Assembly: GCA_964597545.1 (NCBI GenBank)
Contig: CAZQXN010000008.1
Span: forward strand, 733-64,732
DNA length: 64,000 nucleotides
Reading direction: 5' to 3'
From: an uncultured Planctomycetia bacterium
Lineage (GTDB): Bacteria > Omnitrophota > Gorgyraeia > 1-14-0-20-64-10
The translations under genes were made by a program, and so were the position numbers. Below are positions 1 through 10,541 of the stretch, in pieces; within the stretch, counting starts at the first letter, position 1; every line of letters begins with the position of its first letter. The notes below the pieces were generated by a model. It was not told where the DNA came from. It saw only the letters and a list, made by a program, of their open reading frames with translations, and did not search any database.

Positions 1-249
1 CAGGTGATCGGGATCAATAACCGGGATCTTGCGACTTTCAAGGTGGATCTGAATACCACGCAGCGGTTGGCCGGGCAGCTCTCAAAGGAGTGGACCCTGG
101 TGAGTGAAAGTGGCATTCGTTTGCCTGAGGATGTTGCTTTTGTGCGTGCCCAAGGGGTCCACGCTGTACTGGTGGGCGAGGCCCTCATGGCAAGCGAAGA
201 CGTGGCACAGCAGGTAAAAACACTGATGGGTGAGTCTCAATGTGGGTGA
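1..249 (+). CDS. trpC: Indole-3-glycerol phosphate synthase, C-terminal part (truncated by window start)
   Basis: IGINNRDL, VSESGI and AVLVGEALM motifs; precedes trpF-trpB-trpA. Confidence 0.95.
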   Translation, partial: QVIGINNRDLATFKVDLNTTQRLAGQLSKEWTLVSESGIRLPEDVAFVRAQGVHAVLVGEALMASEDVAQQVKTLMGESQCG

Positions 250-884
250 AGATCTGCGGCATCACCAACATGGACGATGCCTTAACCGCTGTTGAGGCCG
301 GGGCTGATGCGCTGGGTTTCATCCTGGTTCCTTCTTCACCGCGGGCGGTCAGCCGCAAGAGGGTTTCTGAGATTCTGGCGATCCTTCCCCCGACGATAAC
401 CACCGTGGGTGTGGTGGCCAATGAGGATCCGGACTTTTTGAAGGGGCTGCTGCGTGTTTGCCCCTTGAATGCTTTGCAGTTTCACGGTGAGGAGCCGCCG
501 GAAGAGGTGTTGATGCTCAAAGGGCGAGCCAAGCTCATCAAGGCCATTCGGATTCGAGATGAAGAGAGCCTCCTGCAGGTTCCCCGCTATGAGGGGGTGG
601 ATTTCATTCTGCTCGACACCTACCATCCCCATCTTCAAGGGGGGACCGGCACCGCCTTTGACTGGACCCTTGCCACCCGGGCCAAGCAATTTGAGATTCC
701 ACTGATCTTAGCCGGCGGCTTGGATCCTACGAACGTCCAGGAGGCCGTCCGCCAGGTCCATCCTTACGGTGTTGATGTGGTCAGTGGCGTAGAGCGGGCC
801 CCCGGCCGGAAAGACCCCGCACGGGTGTGGAGCTTTGTTTCCAGTGCCAAGGGGTCGAGCGGCCCCTCCCTTGAGGGGAAATAG
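240..884 (+). CDS. trpF: Phosphoribosylanthranilate isomerase
   Basis: VKICGIT, QFHGEE, GGTG..FDW, LAGGL and GVDVVSGVE motifs. Confidence 0.96.
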   Translation: MWVKICGITNMDDALTAVEAGADALGFILVPSSPRAVSRKRVSEILAILPPTITTVGVVANEDPDFLKGLLRVCPLNALQFHGEEPPEEVLMLKGRAKLIKAIRIRDEESLLQVPRYEGVDFILLDTYHPHLQGGTGTAFDWTLATRAKQFEIPLILAGGLDPTNVQEAVRQVHPYGVDVVSGVERAPGRKDPARVWSFVSSAKGSSGPSLEGK

Positions 885-933
885 GCGGGTTTCTGCTGTT
901 GGCTGTGATAAACTGATTTTTCCTTAACCCCAT

Positions 934-2148
934 ATGTCAAAACGACCTGCTACCCATTCCCAAGGGCACTTGCCGGACCCCAAAGGACGTTTTGGTCCTT
1001 TTGGGGGGAGCTTTGTCCCAGAGACCTTGATGTCGGCCCTGGAGGAGCTCGAGGAGGCCTATCGAGTTTCTCGGCGGGATCACGCTTTTCAGCGGGAGCT
1101 TGCCCGGTATTTGGCCGACTATGCCGGACGCCCCACACCCCTCTATCATGCCCAGCGCTTAAGCCGCCATCTCGGGCGGGGAATCCAGGTCTATTTGAAG
1201 CGTGAGGATCTACTCCATACCGGCGCCCACAAGATCAACAACACCATCGGCCAGGGACTACTCACTCAGCGGATGAAGAAGCCCCGGGTGATTGCTGAGA
1301 CCGGTGCCGGCCAACATGGCGTGGCAACCGCAACCGCAGCTGCCCTCTTAGGGCTCGAGTGTGAGGTCTATATGGGGACAACCGATATCCAGAGACAACG
1401 GTTAAATGTCTTCCGGATGAAGGAGTTGGGAGCCAGGGTCACCCCGGTTCATTCCGGCACCCAAACCTTGAAGGATGCCTGCAATGAAGCGATCCGCGAC
1501 TGGGTGACCCATGTCAAGCATACCCATTACATCTTAGGTTCCGTGGTGGGTCCGCATCCTTTTCCAATGATGGTTCGAAATTTCCAGTCGGTCATCGGCA
1601 AGGAGGCCAGGGCGCAATTCCGGAGAGGCACCGGTCGGCTGCCCCATCTGATCTTGGCCTGCGTGGGCGGCGGCTCCAATGCCATAGGGATCTTTCATCC
1701 CTTTTACCGGGATCGCTCGGTTCGGTTCATCGGTGTGGAGGCAGCCGGCAGGGGGCTTTCCACCCATCAGCATGCCGCCACCCTGGTCAAGGGAACGCCA
1801 GGGATACTGCACGGCGCACGTTCCTTCCTGCTGCAGGATCAGGACGGTCAAATTGCTAACGCTCATTCCCTTGCGGCCGGTTTGGATTATCCCGGCGTGG
1901 GACCAGAGCATTCCGAATACAAGCGCAGCCGCAGGGCCGATTATGTGGCAGTGACCGATCGCGAGGCTTTGGCCGGATTTCGATTGCTGGCCAGGACTGA
2001 GGGGATTCTACCGGCGCTGGAGCCTTCTCATGCGATTGGATACTTAGCCAAGGCAGCCAAGCGCCTCCCTCGCGGGACCCGCGTTTTGATTTGTCTCTCC
2101 GGGCGGGGGGACAAGGATGCCGAGCTCGTTGCAGGGGAGAAGCTGTGA
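934..2148 (+). CDS. trpB: Tryptophan synthase beta chain
   Basis: [16 protein letters not shown] (PLP lysine), [20 protein letters not shown]. Confidence 0.98.
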   Translation: MSKRPATHSQGHLPDPKGRFGPFGGSFVPETLMSALEELEEAYRVSRRDHAFQRELARYLADYAGRPTPLYHAQRLSRHLGRGIQVYLKREDLLHTGAHKINNTIGQGLLTQRMKKPRVIAETGAGQHGVATATAAALLGLECEVYMGTTDIQRQRLNVFRMKELGARVTPVHSGTQTLKDACNEAIRDWVTHVKHTHYILGSVVGPHPFPMMVRNFQSVIGKEARAQFRRGTGRLPHLILACVGGGSNAIGIFHPFYRDRSVRFIGVEAAGRGLSTHQHAATLVKGTPGILHGARSFLLQDQDGQIANAHSLAAGLDYPGVGPEHSEYKRSRRADYVAVTDREALAGFRLLARTEGILPALEPSHAIGYLAKAAKRLPRGTRVLICLSGRGDKDAELVAGEKL

Positions 2149-2936
2149 ATCGGATTGATGCGACCTTTGCAGCACTCAAGGCCAAGGGCGGCAAAGCACT
2201 CATTCCGTATCTCACGGTTGGTTTTCCGTCGATCGGTATCCTGCCGAACTTAGTTTGCGCGCTCGAGAGAGCCGGCGCGGATCTTGTGGAGCTTGGGGTC
2301 CCATTCTCTGATCCCTTGGCCGATGGCCCCACCATTCAAACAGCTTCGGCTGAAGCGCTGCGCCGCGGGGTGACGCTGCGCAAGGTGTTCCGTTCGGTGG
2401 CCGCCATACGGCGCAAGGGGGTCAAGCTCCCCTTGGTGCTGATGACCTATGTCAATCCCGTAGCCCGCTACGGTGTAGCAGCTTTCTGCAGAGCTGCCAA
2501 GCGTTCTGGCGCCGACGGGGTGATTATTCCGGATATGCCCCCCGAGGAGGCTAAGGAGCTTATCCGGGCGGGCCGAGCGAACCATTTTGCAGTGATCTGC
2601 TTGGCTGCTCCCACAAGTCCTCGCAAGAGACTCGAACGGATTGTTGGAGCCTCAACCGGATTTATCTATTATGTGAGCCTGACCGGTGTCACCGGGGCTC
2701 GCCAGCGCATCCCCTCTCAAATTTCCGGCCACGTGCGCACCATTCAGCGAATGACCCAGTTACCGGTTTGCGTGGGTTTCGGCATTTCCAAACCTGTTCA
2801 GGTGCGGCAGGTGGCTCGGGTGGCCGACGGCGTGATCGTAGGATCGGCCCTCATCAACATCCTGGCCAACGCCCGCCGGCCCATTCCAGAAGCTGCCCGT
2901 TTTATCCGAAAGTTGAGGTCTGCCTGTCATGGCTAA
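2145..2936 (+). CDS. trpA: Tryptophan synthase alpha chain
   Basis: [27 protein letters not shown]; GTG start at 2145 overlaps the trpB TGA. Confidence 0.97.
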   Translation: MNRIDATFAALKAKGGKALIPYLTVGFPSIGILPNLVCALERAGADLVELGVPFSDPLADGPTIQTASAEALRRGVTLRKVFRSVAAIRRKGVKLPLVLMTYVNPVARYGVAAFCRAAKRSGADGVIIPDMPPEEAKELIRAGRANHFAVICLAAPTSPRKRLERIVGASTGFIYYVSLTGVTGARQRIPSQISGHVRTIQRMTQLPVCVGFGISKPVQVRQVARVADGVIVGSALINILANARRPIPEAARFIRKLRSACHG

Positions 2937-4056
2937 GAGAAAACCAAAAGGGGTCAAGAAAAGAGGTCCGAAGAGGGGTCAGACCCCCCTGTGGGCGATC
3001 ATCATGGCTGGGGGAAGCGGCGAGCGGTTGTGGCCCCTCTCCCGTAAAGCCAGCCCCAAACAGACACTGCAGCTGGGCTACAAACGTTCCTTGCTTCAGG
3101 TGACGGCCGATCGACTCAAGGCAATTGTTCCGGCCAGCCGCACCGTTGTGGTGACCACCCAGAATCAAGCACCTTTGGTTCGCAAGCAGCTGCCGGGAAT
3201 CAGCCGAAAACATTTCCTGGTGGAGCCGGCTTCGCGCAATACTGCAGCGGCCATCGGGTTGGGTACCGTGACCATCCTTCGAGAGGATCCCGATGCCCTG
3301 ATCCTGGTGGTTCCGGCCGACCATGTCATCCAGCCGGCGGAGCAGTTCCACAAGACGGTCCGACGTGCGGCAGATCTGGCGGTGCGTCGACAAGGGTTGG
3401 TCTGCTTGGGGATCCGGCCGACCTATCCCGCAACCGGGTTCGGCTACATTGAGCCGGCGGGTCCGCTGGTCTTTCCAGGAGGTTATCGGGTCAAGCGTTT
3501 CTTGGAGAAGCCCAAGCTCAAGGTGGCAGAGGCACTCATCCAGCGCCCTGAAATTGTGTGGAACGGCGGTATCTTCTGCTGGCAGGGCTGGGTGATCATG
3601 GAGGCCATGCGCCGCTGGCTGCCCGGGCTTTACAAAGGATTGGATGCGATTCGCAAGGGGTTGGGCACGCCGGCGGGGAACCGCCGCCTGGGAGAGCTGT
3701 ATCGAAAGCTGCCCAGCGTCTCCATTGATGTCGGGGTCATGGAGCGGGACCGCAATGTTTGGGTGGTGCCCACGGATTTCTCATGGGATGACGTGGGTTC
3801 CTGGAACAGCTTAGGGTTCCTCCATGCCGCCGATTTAGAAGGGAATGTGGTCTTGGGTTCTCACGTGGGCTATGACACCGAAAGCTCCATCCTGGTGGGT
3901 CCCCCCCAGCACTTGCTGGCCACCGTCGGGGTTAAAGATCTCATTGTGGTGCACACCGCCGACGCCACCCTCATCTGCCAGAAGACTCAGGCCCAGGCCG
4001 TCAAGAAGATTGTTCAGCGGCTTGCCGCTTCATCCCGTTGGAAACATCTACTGTGA
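2929..4056 (+). CDS. manC: Mannose-1-phosphate guanylyltransferase
   Basis: IIMAGGSGERLWPLSR..PKQ, EPASRNTA, TGFGYIE, WDDVGSW; basic N-terminal extension. Confidence 0.93.
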   Translation: MAKRKPKGVKKRGPKRGQTPLWAIIMAGGSGERLWPLSRKASPKQTLQLGYKRSLLQVTADRLKAIVPASRTVVVTTQNQAPLVRKQLPGISRKHFLVEPASRNTAAAIGLGTVTILREDPDALILVVPADHVIQPAEQFHKTVRRAADLAVRRQGLVCLGIRPTYPATGFGYIEPAGPLVFPGGYRVKRFLEKPKLKVAEALIQRPEIVWNGGIFCWQGWVIMEAMRRWLPGLYKGLDAIRKGLGTPAGNRRLGELYRKLPSVSIDVGVMERDRNVWVVPTDFSWDDVGSWNSLGFLHAADLEGNVVLGSHVGYDTESSILVGPPQHLLATVGVKDLIVVHTADATLICQKTQAQAVKKIVQRLAASSRWKHLL

Positions 4057-5429
4057 TCCCTGCGCCCGTACCAAAGGGTCAGACCCTTTCGTACAACGCA
4101 GGTGGGTCTACCGCGTACGAAAAGGTCAGACCCTGCAGTTTGCGCCTGCAGCGCCAAGCCTATCACCAGACCCGCTTGAAGAATGGCCTGAAGGTTGTCA
4201 CCGCGCCCCGAGGCTCAGCCGAATCGGTGGCGATTGGTATCTGGGTCAAGGTGGGGGGGCGGTACGAAAGCATCCGTTTAAACGGCGTCTCCCATTTCTT
4301 GGAACACCTGCTCTTCAAGGGCACTCAGAAGCGCTCCTCCCGGGCGATCAAGGTGGCCATTGAGGGGGCCGGCGGTACCCTCAATGCTTTTACCGACGAA
4401 GAGTTTACCTGTCTTTGGGCCAAGGTCCAGCCCAAAGAGATGGCGCTGGCCCTTGAGGTGCTAACCGACATGACCCACTCACCTGCCTTGGATCCCAAGG
4501 AGTTAGAGCGTGAGCGTCAGGTGATCCTCGAAGAGATCCGAATGTACAGAGATCTTCCGAGCCAGTTTGTCCATGATCTGCTCCATGAGCTTCTGTGGCC
4601 CAACCACCCATTGGGACGAGATGTCACAGGTTCTGTCCAATCGGTCAAGCGCATTCGCCGCTCGGATGTCTCCGGGTTCCAGCGCCGGTATTATACGCCG
4701 CGCAACATTGTGATCGCTGTGTGCGGCAGAGTCACGCATCGCGAGGTGGTAGAGGCGGCCAGTGCGCTCTGGGGCCGATTGGCGCCGGGGCGCGAGAGCA
4801 TCTGCCGACGGGCAGGAAACAGCCAACATCGACCGCGGCTAAAGGTTGAGTCCAAAGAAACCGAGCAGACGCACCTGTCTCTTGGTTTTCATGCTTTCCC
4901 AAGAAATCATCCCCATGTGCAGGCGCTGACCCTTCTCAATGTGATCTTAGGGGGCAATATGTCCTCACGCCTTTTCCAGGAGGTTCGTGAGGTTCGGGGT
5001 TTGGCCTATGAAATCGGTTCCTCCATTAAGCGCTACCGGGATACAGGGCTCTTCTCGGTCAGTGCCGGTGTGGAGCACCAGCATTTGATTCGCTGTGTTC
5101 AAGTGGTGCTCCAGGAGGTGTCTCGCCTTCGGCGTTCGGCGGTAGCCCCCAAGGAGTATGACCGGGCAGTGGAGTATCTCACCGGACAGATCCTCTTTGC
5201 CCTGGAGGATACCGTAGAGCACATGTGCTGGATGGGTGAGTGTGAGATGCTGCTGGGCGCCACACAGCCGGTGGAGTCGATCTTGACGCAGGTTCTCAAG
5301 GTCAAGCGTCCGGATTTGACCCACGTGGCCAAGCAGATCTTTCGACCTGAGCACTTGAGCCTCGCCGTGATTGGGCCGGTCAAGCCCAAGACGCAGTCCC
5401 GAATAACCCACTTGCTCAATGAGGGATAA
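4038..5429 (+). CDS. M16 family (pitrilysin-like) zinc peptidase; true start uncertain, possibly TTG at 4140
   Basis: HFLEH inverted zinc motif, NAFT, LGGNMSSRLFQEVRE..GLAY; the first ~34 codons overlap a palindromic repeat. Confidence 0.9.
   Translation: METSTVIPAPVPKGQTLSYNAGGSTAYEKVRPCSLRLQRQAYHQTRLKNGLKVVTAPRGSAESVAIGIWVKVGGRYESIRLNGVSHFLEHLLFKGTQKRSSRAIKVAIEGAGGTLNAFTDEEFTCLWAKVQPKEMALALEVLTDMTHSPALDPKELERERQVILEEIRMYRDLPSQFVHDLLHELLWPNHPLGRDVTGSVQSVKRIRRSDVSGFQRRYYTPRNIVIAVCGRVTHREVVEAASALWGRLAPGRESICRRAGNSQHRPRLKVESKETEQTHLSLGFHAFPRNHPHVQALTLLNVILGGNMSSRLFQEVREVRGLAYEIGSSIKRYRDTGLFSVSAGVEHQHLIRCVQVVLQEVSRLRRSAVAPKEYDRAVEYLTGQILFALEDTVEHMCWMGECEMLLGATQPVESILTQVLKVKRPDLTHVAKQIFRPEHLSLAVIGPVKPKTQSRITHLLNEG
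4068..4134. repeat. GGGTCAGACCC-core palindromic repeat (two copies)
   Basis: GTACCAAAGGGTC-A-GACCCTTTCGTAC followed by GTACGAAAAGGTCAGACCCT; near-identical to 58053-58083. Confidence 0.8.
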
Positions 5430-5431
5430 GC

Positions 5432-6082
5432 ATGTCTAATCCTAAGGTTCTCGTTGCCCCCTCCATTCTGGCGGCCGATTTTGGCAGGCTTGCTGAGGAG
5501 GCGCGCAAGGTAGAAGAAGCCGGCGCAGATTGGATCCACCTGGATGTCATGGATGGCCACTTCGTTGACAACCTCACCTTTGGTCCGCAGGTGGTTGCAG
5601 GCTTAAAACCGGTGACAAAGCTGCCCCTGGATGTGCACCTGATGATCGAGCGTCCTGAGAATTTCTTGGAGGCCTTTATCCGGGCCGGAGCGGATCTGGT
5701 GACGATCCATGCAGAGGCCACTGAGGATTTGCCGGGCACCATCCAGAAGATCCGAAAGCTCGGCGCCAAGGCTGGGATGGCCCTCTGCCCTGCCAACGGA
5801 CTTGAACCCCTTAAACCTGTTTTGGGCGATCTGGATTTGGTTCTGCTGATGACGGTCAACCCCGGTTTTGGCGGTCAGGCCTTCATGCCTGAGGTGTTGC
5901 CTAAGATCGAAGCTTTAAGGAAGATCTACGATCGCCACATCGAGGTAGATGGGGGCATCAACCAGCAGACCGCCGCTCAGACCCGGTCGGCTGGAGCCAA
6001 TGTGATGGTAGCCGGGACCTATCTTTTTGAGGCACCTGATGTTCGGGGTGCCATTGCCTCTTTAAGGGAGTCAAGCGCATGA
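5432..6082 (+). CDS. rpe: Ribulose-phosphate 3-epimerase
   Basis: APSILAADF, HLDVMDGHFVDN, DVHLMI, MTVNPGFGGQ, EVDGGI. Confidence 0.97.
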   Translation: MSNPKVLVAPSILAADFGRLAEEARKVEEAGADWIHLDVMDGHFVDNLTFGPQVVAGLKPVTKLPLDVHLMIERPENFLEAFIRAGADLVTIHAEATEDLPGTIQKIRKLGAKAGMALCPANGLEPLKPVLGDLDLVLLMTVNPGFGGQAFMPEVLPKIEALRKIYDRHIEVDGGINQQTAAQTRSAGANVMVAGTYLFEAPDVRGAIASLRESSA

Positions 6083-7518
6083 AATCTGTCATTAAATTTG
6101 GAACCGATGGCTGGCGCGCTTTGGTCGCCGAGGAGTTTACCCTCCCCAATGTGCGGGCGGTTGCTCAAGGGGTAGCCGAATATCTCAAGGCCCACCCGGC
6201 TCGAGGGCGAGCCAAGGCGGTACTGGTGGGTTTTGATACTCGGCCGCTGGGGGATCTCTTTGCCCAGGCCGTCGCAGAGGTCTTGGCCGGCAACGGCATC
6301 CGCGTATTCCTCACCGATACCCCCATGCCGACCCCTGCGATCAGCTCTGCCATTCGTCAGATGAAGCTTTCAGGCGGAATCGTTGTTACCGCCAGCCACA
6401 ATCCCTTTACCTACAACGGGCTCAAGTTCAAGCCCTTCTATGCCGGTCCGGCCGAAGCCACCATGACTCAGTGGATTGAGAAGCGGCTCTTCAGGCGGCC
6501 GGCCCGAATGCTCCCCTTGAAAGTGGGTTTGGCCAAGGGCATGATCAAGCCCATTGATCTGAAGCCCGATTACTTAAAGTTTTTGAGGGGTTATGTCCGG
6601 TGGAATCTGATCAAACAGGCTCGGTTCCGGGTCGCCTATGACTCCATGCATGGCGCAGGCCAACAACTGCTTGAGGAGGTCACCTCCGGCAGCAAGCTTA
6701 AGATTCTTGCTGTGCGCCATCCGGCAGATCGGGTGCCAAGCCAGTTCCGCCCGGAGCCACTCGGTCAACACCTGGATGTCCTCGCCCGCTTTGTTCGTCG
6801 CCAGCGGTGCCATCTGGGTATTGCCAACGATGGCGATGCCGATCGAGCAGGGCTCGTTACCTCTGAGGGCCGTTTTGTGAGCTCCCAGGAGACGATGTCG
6901 CTTCTGTTGTGGCACATCCTGGAGGATTGCGGCTGGCGGGGGCTGGTGGTGACCACCGTTGCCGGGTCCAACATCATGGATGCCATCTGCGAGCATTACG
7001 GTGTTCCCTTGAAGCGCACGCCTGTGGGTTTTAAGTACATCGCGCGCCTCATGCGTTCCAAGCCGGTTCTCTTCGGCGGAGAGGAGTCGGGCGGTTTTGG
7101 TTTTAAGGGTTGCGCACCAGAGCGGGATGGGCTCCTGGCGGGGCTTTTGACCCTTCAGATGATGGTGATGCGCAAGCAGAATCTCTCGAGGATCCTCAAG
7201 ACCATGCGCAGCCGCTTTGGCCAGTGGAGCTATTCTCGGGATGATCTGGTTTTGGCCAGACCCGTCTCACCCCGAGCCCTTTCCCAATGGTCCCGGAAGA
7301 TTCGTCCCGGGCAGAACTTGGGGGCTGGGTCCCCGGTGGCGAGGGTGGACACCCAAGACGGCGCCAAGATCATCCTGAGGGATCGAAGCTGGCTGCTGCT
7401 TCGCCCCTCCGGCACCGAGCCGCTCTTAAGACTCTACGCCGAGGCGACGAGCCCGGCTCAAGTAAAGGCGCTGCTCACTTCAGCCCAGCGTATGGGCAAA
7501 GAAATTCTTCGTTCGTAG
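6079..7518 (+). CDS. Phosphoglucomutase/phosphomannomutase family protein
   Basis: FGTDGWR, TASHNP (phosphoserine), DGDADR, GEESGG, RPSGTEP. Confidence 0.95.
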   Translation: MKSVIKFGTDGWRALVAEEFTLPNVRAVAQGVAEYLKAHPARGRAKAVLVGFDTRPLGDLFAQAVAEVLAGNGIRVFLTDTPMPTPAISSAIRQMKLSGGIVVTASHNPFTYNGLKFKPFYAGPAEATMTQWIEKRLFRRPARMLPLKVGLAKGMIKPIDLKPDYLKFLRGYVRWNLIKQARFRVAYDSMHGAGQQLLEEVTSGSKLKILAVRHPADRVPSQFRPEPLGQHLDVLARFVRRQRCHLGIANDGDADRAGLVTSEGRFVSSQETMSLLLWHILEDCGWRGLVVTTVAGSNIMDAICEHYGVPLKRTPVGFKYIARLMRSKPVLFGGEESGGFGFKGCAPERDGLLAGLLTLQMMVMRKQNLSRILKTMRSRFGQWSYSRDDLVLARPVSPRALSQWSRKIRPGQNLGAGSPVARVDTQDGAKIILRDRSWLLLRPSGTEPLLRLYAEATSPAQVKALLTSAQRMGKEILRS

Positions 7519-7521
7519 TTG

Positions 7522-9318
7522 ATGCCGAAAAGCTCCCTACAGATCCGGAACCTCTGCATCATTGCGCACATCGACCATGGTAAATCTACCTTGGCCGATC
7601 GGATGCTGCTGCGCACCGATACCATTACCCCTCGAGAATTCCGGGAGCAGCTGCTCGATGACATGGACTTGGAGCGCGAACGCGGTATTACGATCAAGGC
7701 CTCGGCTGTTCGCATGGATTACCAAGCCGCCTCCGGAAAGACCGTGCAGCTCAACCTCATCGATACCCCAGGGCACGTTGATTTCTCTTACGAAGTCGCC
7801 AAATCCCTGCGCGCTTGCGAAGGGGCGCTGTTGGTGGTGGACGCCTCGCAGGGGGTGGAGGCGCAAACCGTGGCCAATTTCTATCAAGCCAGAGACCTGG
7901 GGCTGGCGGTAATTCCGGTCATCAACAAGGTGGATTTAGGCACTGCACAAACCGATCGGGTACGGGAGGAGCTCAAATCCACCCTAGGGATCACCGCAGA
8001 GCCGGTCTTGGTCAGCGCCAAAGAGGGGATCGGAGTCGATACTCTCTTGGAGCGGATTGTCTCCGACATTCCTCCCCCCATGGGTTCTGCCAGCGATCCG
8101 ACTGAGGCCTTGGTTTTTGACTCTTCCTTCGATCCTTACCGAGGGGTGGTGGTGTACGTCAGGCTCTTCAACGGTTCCCTCGAGCCCGGAGAGAAGATCC
8201 TGCTCATGGGGGCCAAAGAGACCTACGAGCTCCAGGAAGTGGGGGTGATGACCCCGAAGGCCAAGCCCCAGGAGCGGCTGGCTTCCGGAGCGGTGGGTTA
8301 TCTGACCTGCAACATCAAAGACCCCCGACTGGTTCATGCCGGGGAGACCGTCACGATCGAGAAGCGTCCGGCACGCAAAGCCTTGCCCGGTTATCGTCCG
8401 GCCCGCTCCCTGGTTTTCTGCGGCATCTATCCGGTCAACCCGGCTGATTTCGATAACCTAAGGGACTGCATTCCGAAGATGCAGCTTTCCGACGCCTCCT
8501 TTGAGGTGCAGCCTGAGAGCTCCAGCTCTTTTGGCATGGGCTATCGGTGCGGTTTCTTAGGGTTACTGCACATGGAGATCATCCAGGAGCGTCTGGAGCG
8601 GGAGTTTGGTTTGAATTTGGTGGCGACCACCCCGAGCGTTGTCTATCAGGTCCTGTTGAGCAGCGGTGAGATCATCGAGGTGGACAATCCCACCCACATG
8701 CCCGATCCGGGTCGGATCGAGCATGTGGAGGAGCCCTTCATTCGGGCTTTCCTGATTCTTCCCAGCTCCAGGGTGGGGGCGGTCATGAAGCTGGCCACTG
8801 ACCGTCGCGGGGTTTACCGCTCCACCGAGTATCTGGGTACAGATCGGGTCATGCTAGTCTATGAGTTCCCTTTGGCTGAAATTCTGGTAGACTTTCATGA
8901 TCGCTTGAAATCCGTTACGCAGGGATACGGCTCGATGGATTATGAGCTCGTCGGCTACCGACCGGCAGAACTGGTCAAGCTGGAGGTGCTTTTAAACAAT
9001 GACCCTTGTGATCCGCTGGCCTCGATTGTCCCCAAAGAGAAGGCCTATGCCAAGGGGAGGGATTTGGTCGGCAAGCTCAAGGCGACCATCCCGCGCCAGC
9101 TCTACGAAGTGGCCATTCAGGCGGCGGTGGGTTCCCGGATCCTGGCTCGAGAGACCGTGCGCCCCGTAGGCAAGCATGTGACCGGCAAATGTTACGGGGG
9201 GGACATTACCCGTAAGCGCAAGCTTTGGGAGAAGCAGAAAGCAGGGAAGAAGCGGATGAAGAATTTTGGCAAGGTTGAGATTCCTCAAGAGGCCTTTATG
9301 GCGATCTTGAAGATATGA
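7522..9318 (+). CDS. lepA: Elongation factor 4 (LepA)
   Basis: IAHIDHGKSTLADR, ERERGITIKA, DTPGHVDF, GFLGLLHMEI, KCYGGDITRKRKL. Confidence 0.98.
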   Translation: MPKSSLQIRNLCIIAHIDHGKSTLADRMLLRTDTITPREFREQLLDDMDLERERGITIKASAVRMDYQAASGKTVQLNLIDTPGHVDFSYEVAKSLRACEGALLVVDASQGVEAQTVANFYQARDLGLAVIPVINKVDLGTAQTDRVREELKSTLGITAEPVLVSAKEGIGVDTLLERIVSDIPPPMGSASDPTEALVFDSSFDPYRGVVVYVRLFNGSLEPGEKILLMGAKETYELQEVGVMTPKAKPQERLASGAVGYLTCNIKDPRLVHAGETVTIEKRPARKALPGYRPARSLVFCGIYPVNPADFDNLRDCIPKMQLSDASFEVQPESSSSFGMGYRCGFLGLLHMEIIQERLEREFGLNLVATTPSVVYQVLLSSGEIIEVDNPTHMPDPGRIEHVEEPFIRAFLILPSSRVGAVMKLATDRRGVYRSTEYLGTDRVMLVYEFPLAEILVDFHDRLKSVTQGYGSMDYELVGYRPAELVKLEVLLNNDPCDPLASIVPKEKAYAKGRDLVGKLKATIPRQLYEVAIQAAVGSRILARETVRPVGKHVTGKCYGGDITRKRKLWEKQKAGKKRMKNFGKVEIPQEAFMAILKI

Positions 9319-9917
9319 CAGGCGACGCCCCCAAAAAATCACTTCTGCGAGAGTATGCAGAGACATTTTTGAGCGCCATTCTCATGGCGCTGGTGGTCCA
9401 GATCTTCTTTGTTCAGGCCTTCAAGATTCCCACCGGTTCCATGCGCCCAACATTCCTGGAGGGGGACCGCATCTTGGTCAACAAGGTGCTCTATGGGATA
9501 AGGATTCCCTTTACTGCGTGGCGCCTGCCGAAGATTCGCGAGCCCGAGCGGGGCGACCTGGTGGTCTTTCGCTCGGTTGACAACAGCCGTCGAGCCTTTA
9601 TCAAGCGGTTGGTGGCGGTCGGAGGGGATGAGGTGGAGATCAGGAACTTCCGCCTCTGGATCAACGGCAAACCCTTGGACGAACCCCCCATCTTCCAGTC
9701 GCTCAACTATTACAACCGGGGGGCTTATGGCCGCCGGGGCAGACCCATGAAGGTTCCCAAGGACCATTACTTCTTCCTGGGAGACAATTCTGCCAGCTCT
9801 CGTGATTCTCGATACTGGGGATTCCTCCCCAAATCGCATCTGATCGGCCGGGCCTTTGTGGTGTATTGGCCCCTCCACCGCGTGCGCCTCCTGCGCAACG
9901 GACCCTCGAGGAAGTAA
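9315..9917 (+). CDS. lepB: Signal peptidase I
   Basis: TM segment, IPTGSMRPT (Ser), FIKRLV (Lys), GDNSASSRDSRYWG. Confidence 0.96.
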   Translation: MTGDAPKKSLLREYAETFLSAILMALVVQIFFVQAFKIPTGSMRPTFLEGDRILVNKVLYGIRIPFTAWRLPKIREPERGDLVVFRSVDNSRRAFIKRLVAVGGDEVEIRNFRLWINGKPLDEPPIFQSLNYYNRGAYGRRGRPMKVPKDHYFFLGDNSASSRDSRYWGFLPKSHLIGRAFVVYWPLHRVRLLRNGPSRK

Positions 9918-10032
9918 GGGGCGATTCCTCCCCCGCCGTAAGCGGCGGGAGAAATGACGGCTGATTGGGTGAGTCGTCGCCGAAGCGTTGATTTGTAGCC
10001 TGCAGTGTGGTATCCCTAAAACATTAGGAGGG

Positions 10033-10479
10033 ATGAAACCGATGCGGATATTCTTGATGCTCATTGCAGTTTCTGTTTTGGCCTTTGGGTGCGCCACAGC
10101 CACCCCCACCCAGAAGGGTGCAGCCACCGGCTCTGTGATCGGAGCAGGCCTGGGAGCGATCATCGGCCACCAGTCCGGGGAAACCGGCAAGGGGGCTTTG
10201 ATCGGTGCTGCAGCCGGCGGTTTGACGGGGGCGCTAGTGGGTGATGCCATGGCGAGCAAATTCTGTCCGGTCTGCGGACGGTCCTACTTCTCTGGGGCGA
10301 CCCAGTGTCCGGTCGACGGAGCGGCACTGAGAAACAAGGGAGCGGTTCCCCAGACCGTCCAAGAGCAGCGGGTCGATGAGAGCTTACCCAAGTTCTGTGC
10401 GACTTGCGGACGGAGCTATGACGCATCAGCAGATTACTGCTCTGAAGACGGAACAGCCCTTAAGACAAAGAAACAGTAA
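10033..10479 (+). CDS. Lipoprotein with glycine zipper and two zinc-ribbon-like repeats
   Basis: AGGAGG RBS before ATG 10033; lipobox LAFGC; GAxxG zipper; two CxxC-x10-CxxD repeats. Confidence 0.8.
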   Translation: MKPMRIFLMLIAVSVLAFGCATATPTQKGAATGSVIGAGLGAIIGHQSGETGKGALIGAAAGGLTGALVGDAMASKFCPVCGRSYFSGATQCPVDGAALRNKGAVPQTVQEQRVDESLPKFCATCGRSYDASADYCSEDGTALKTKKQ

Positions 10480-10541
10480 CTGCGTGACCTTATCGCGGGC
10501 CTGGCGGCCTTCTTAAAGCGCATAGCGAGCTCAGTTCAAGC

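Noticed and set aside
7516-7524. pgm and lepA are in the same frame separated by one TAG (possible readthrough fusion or TAG recoding)
   Set aside because: Both proteins are complete on their own and TAG terminates many genes here; ordinary tight packing.
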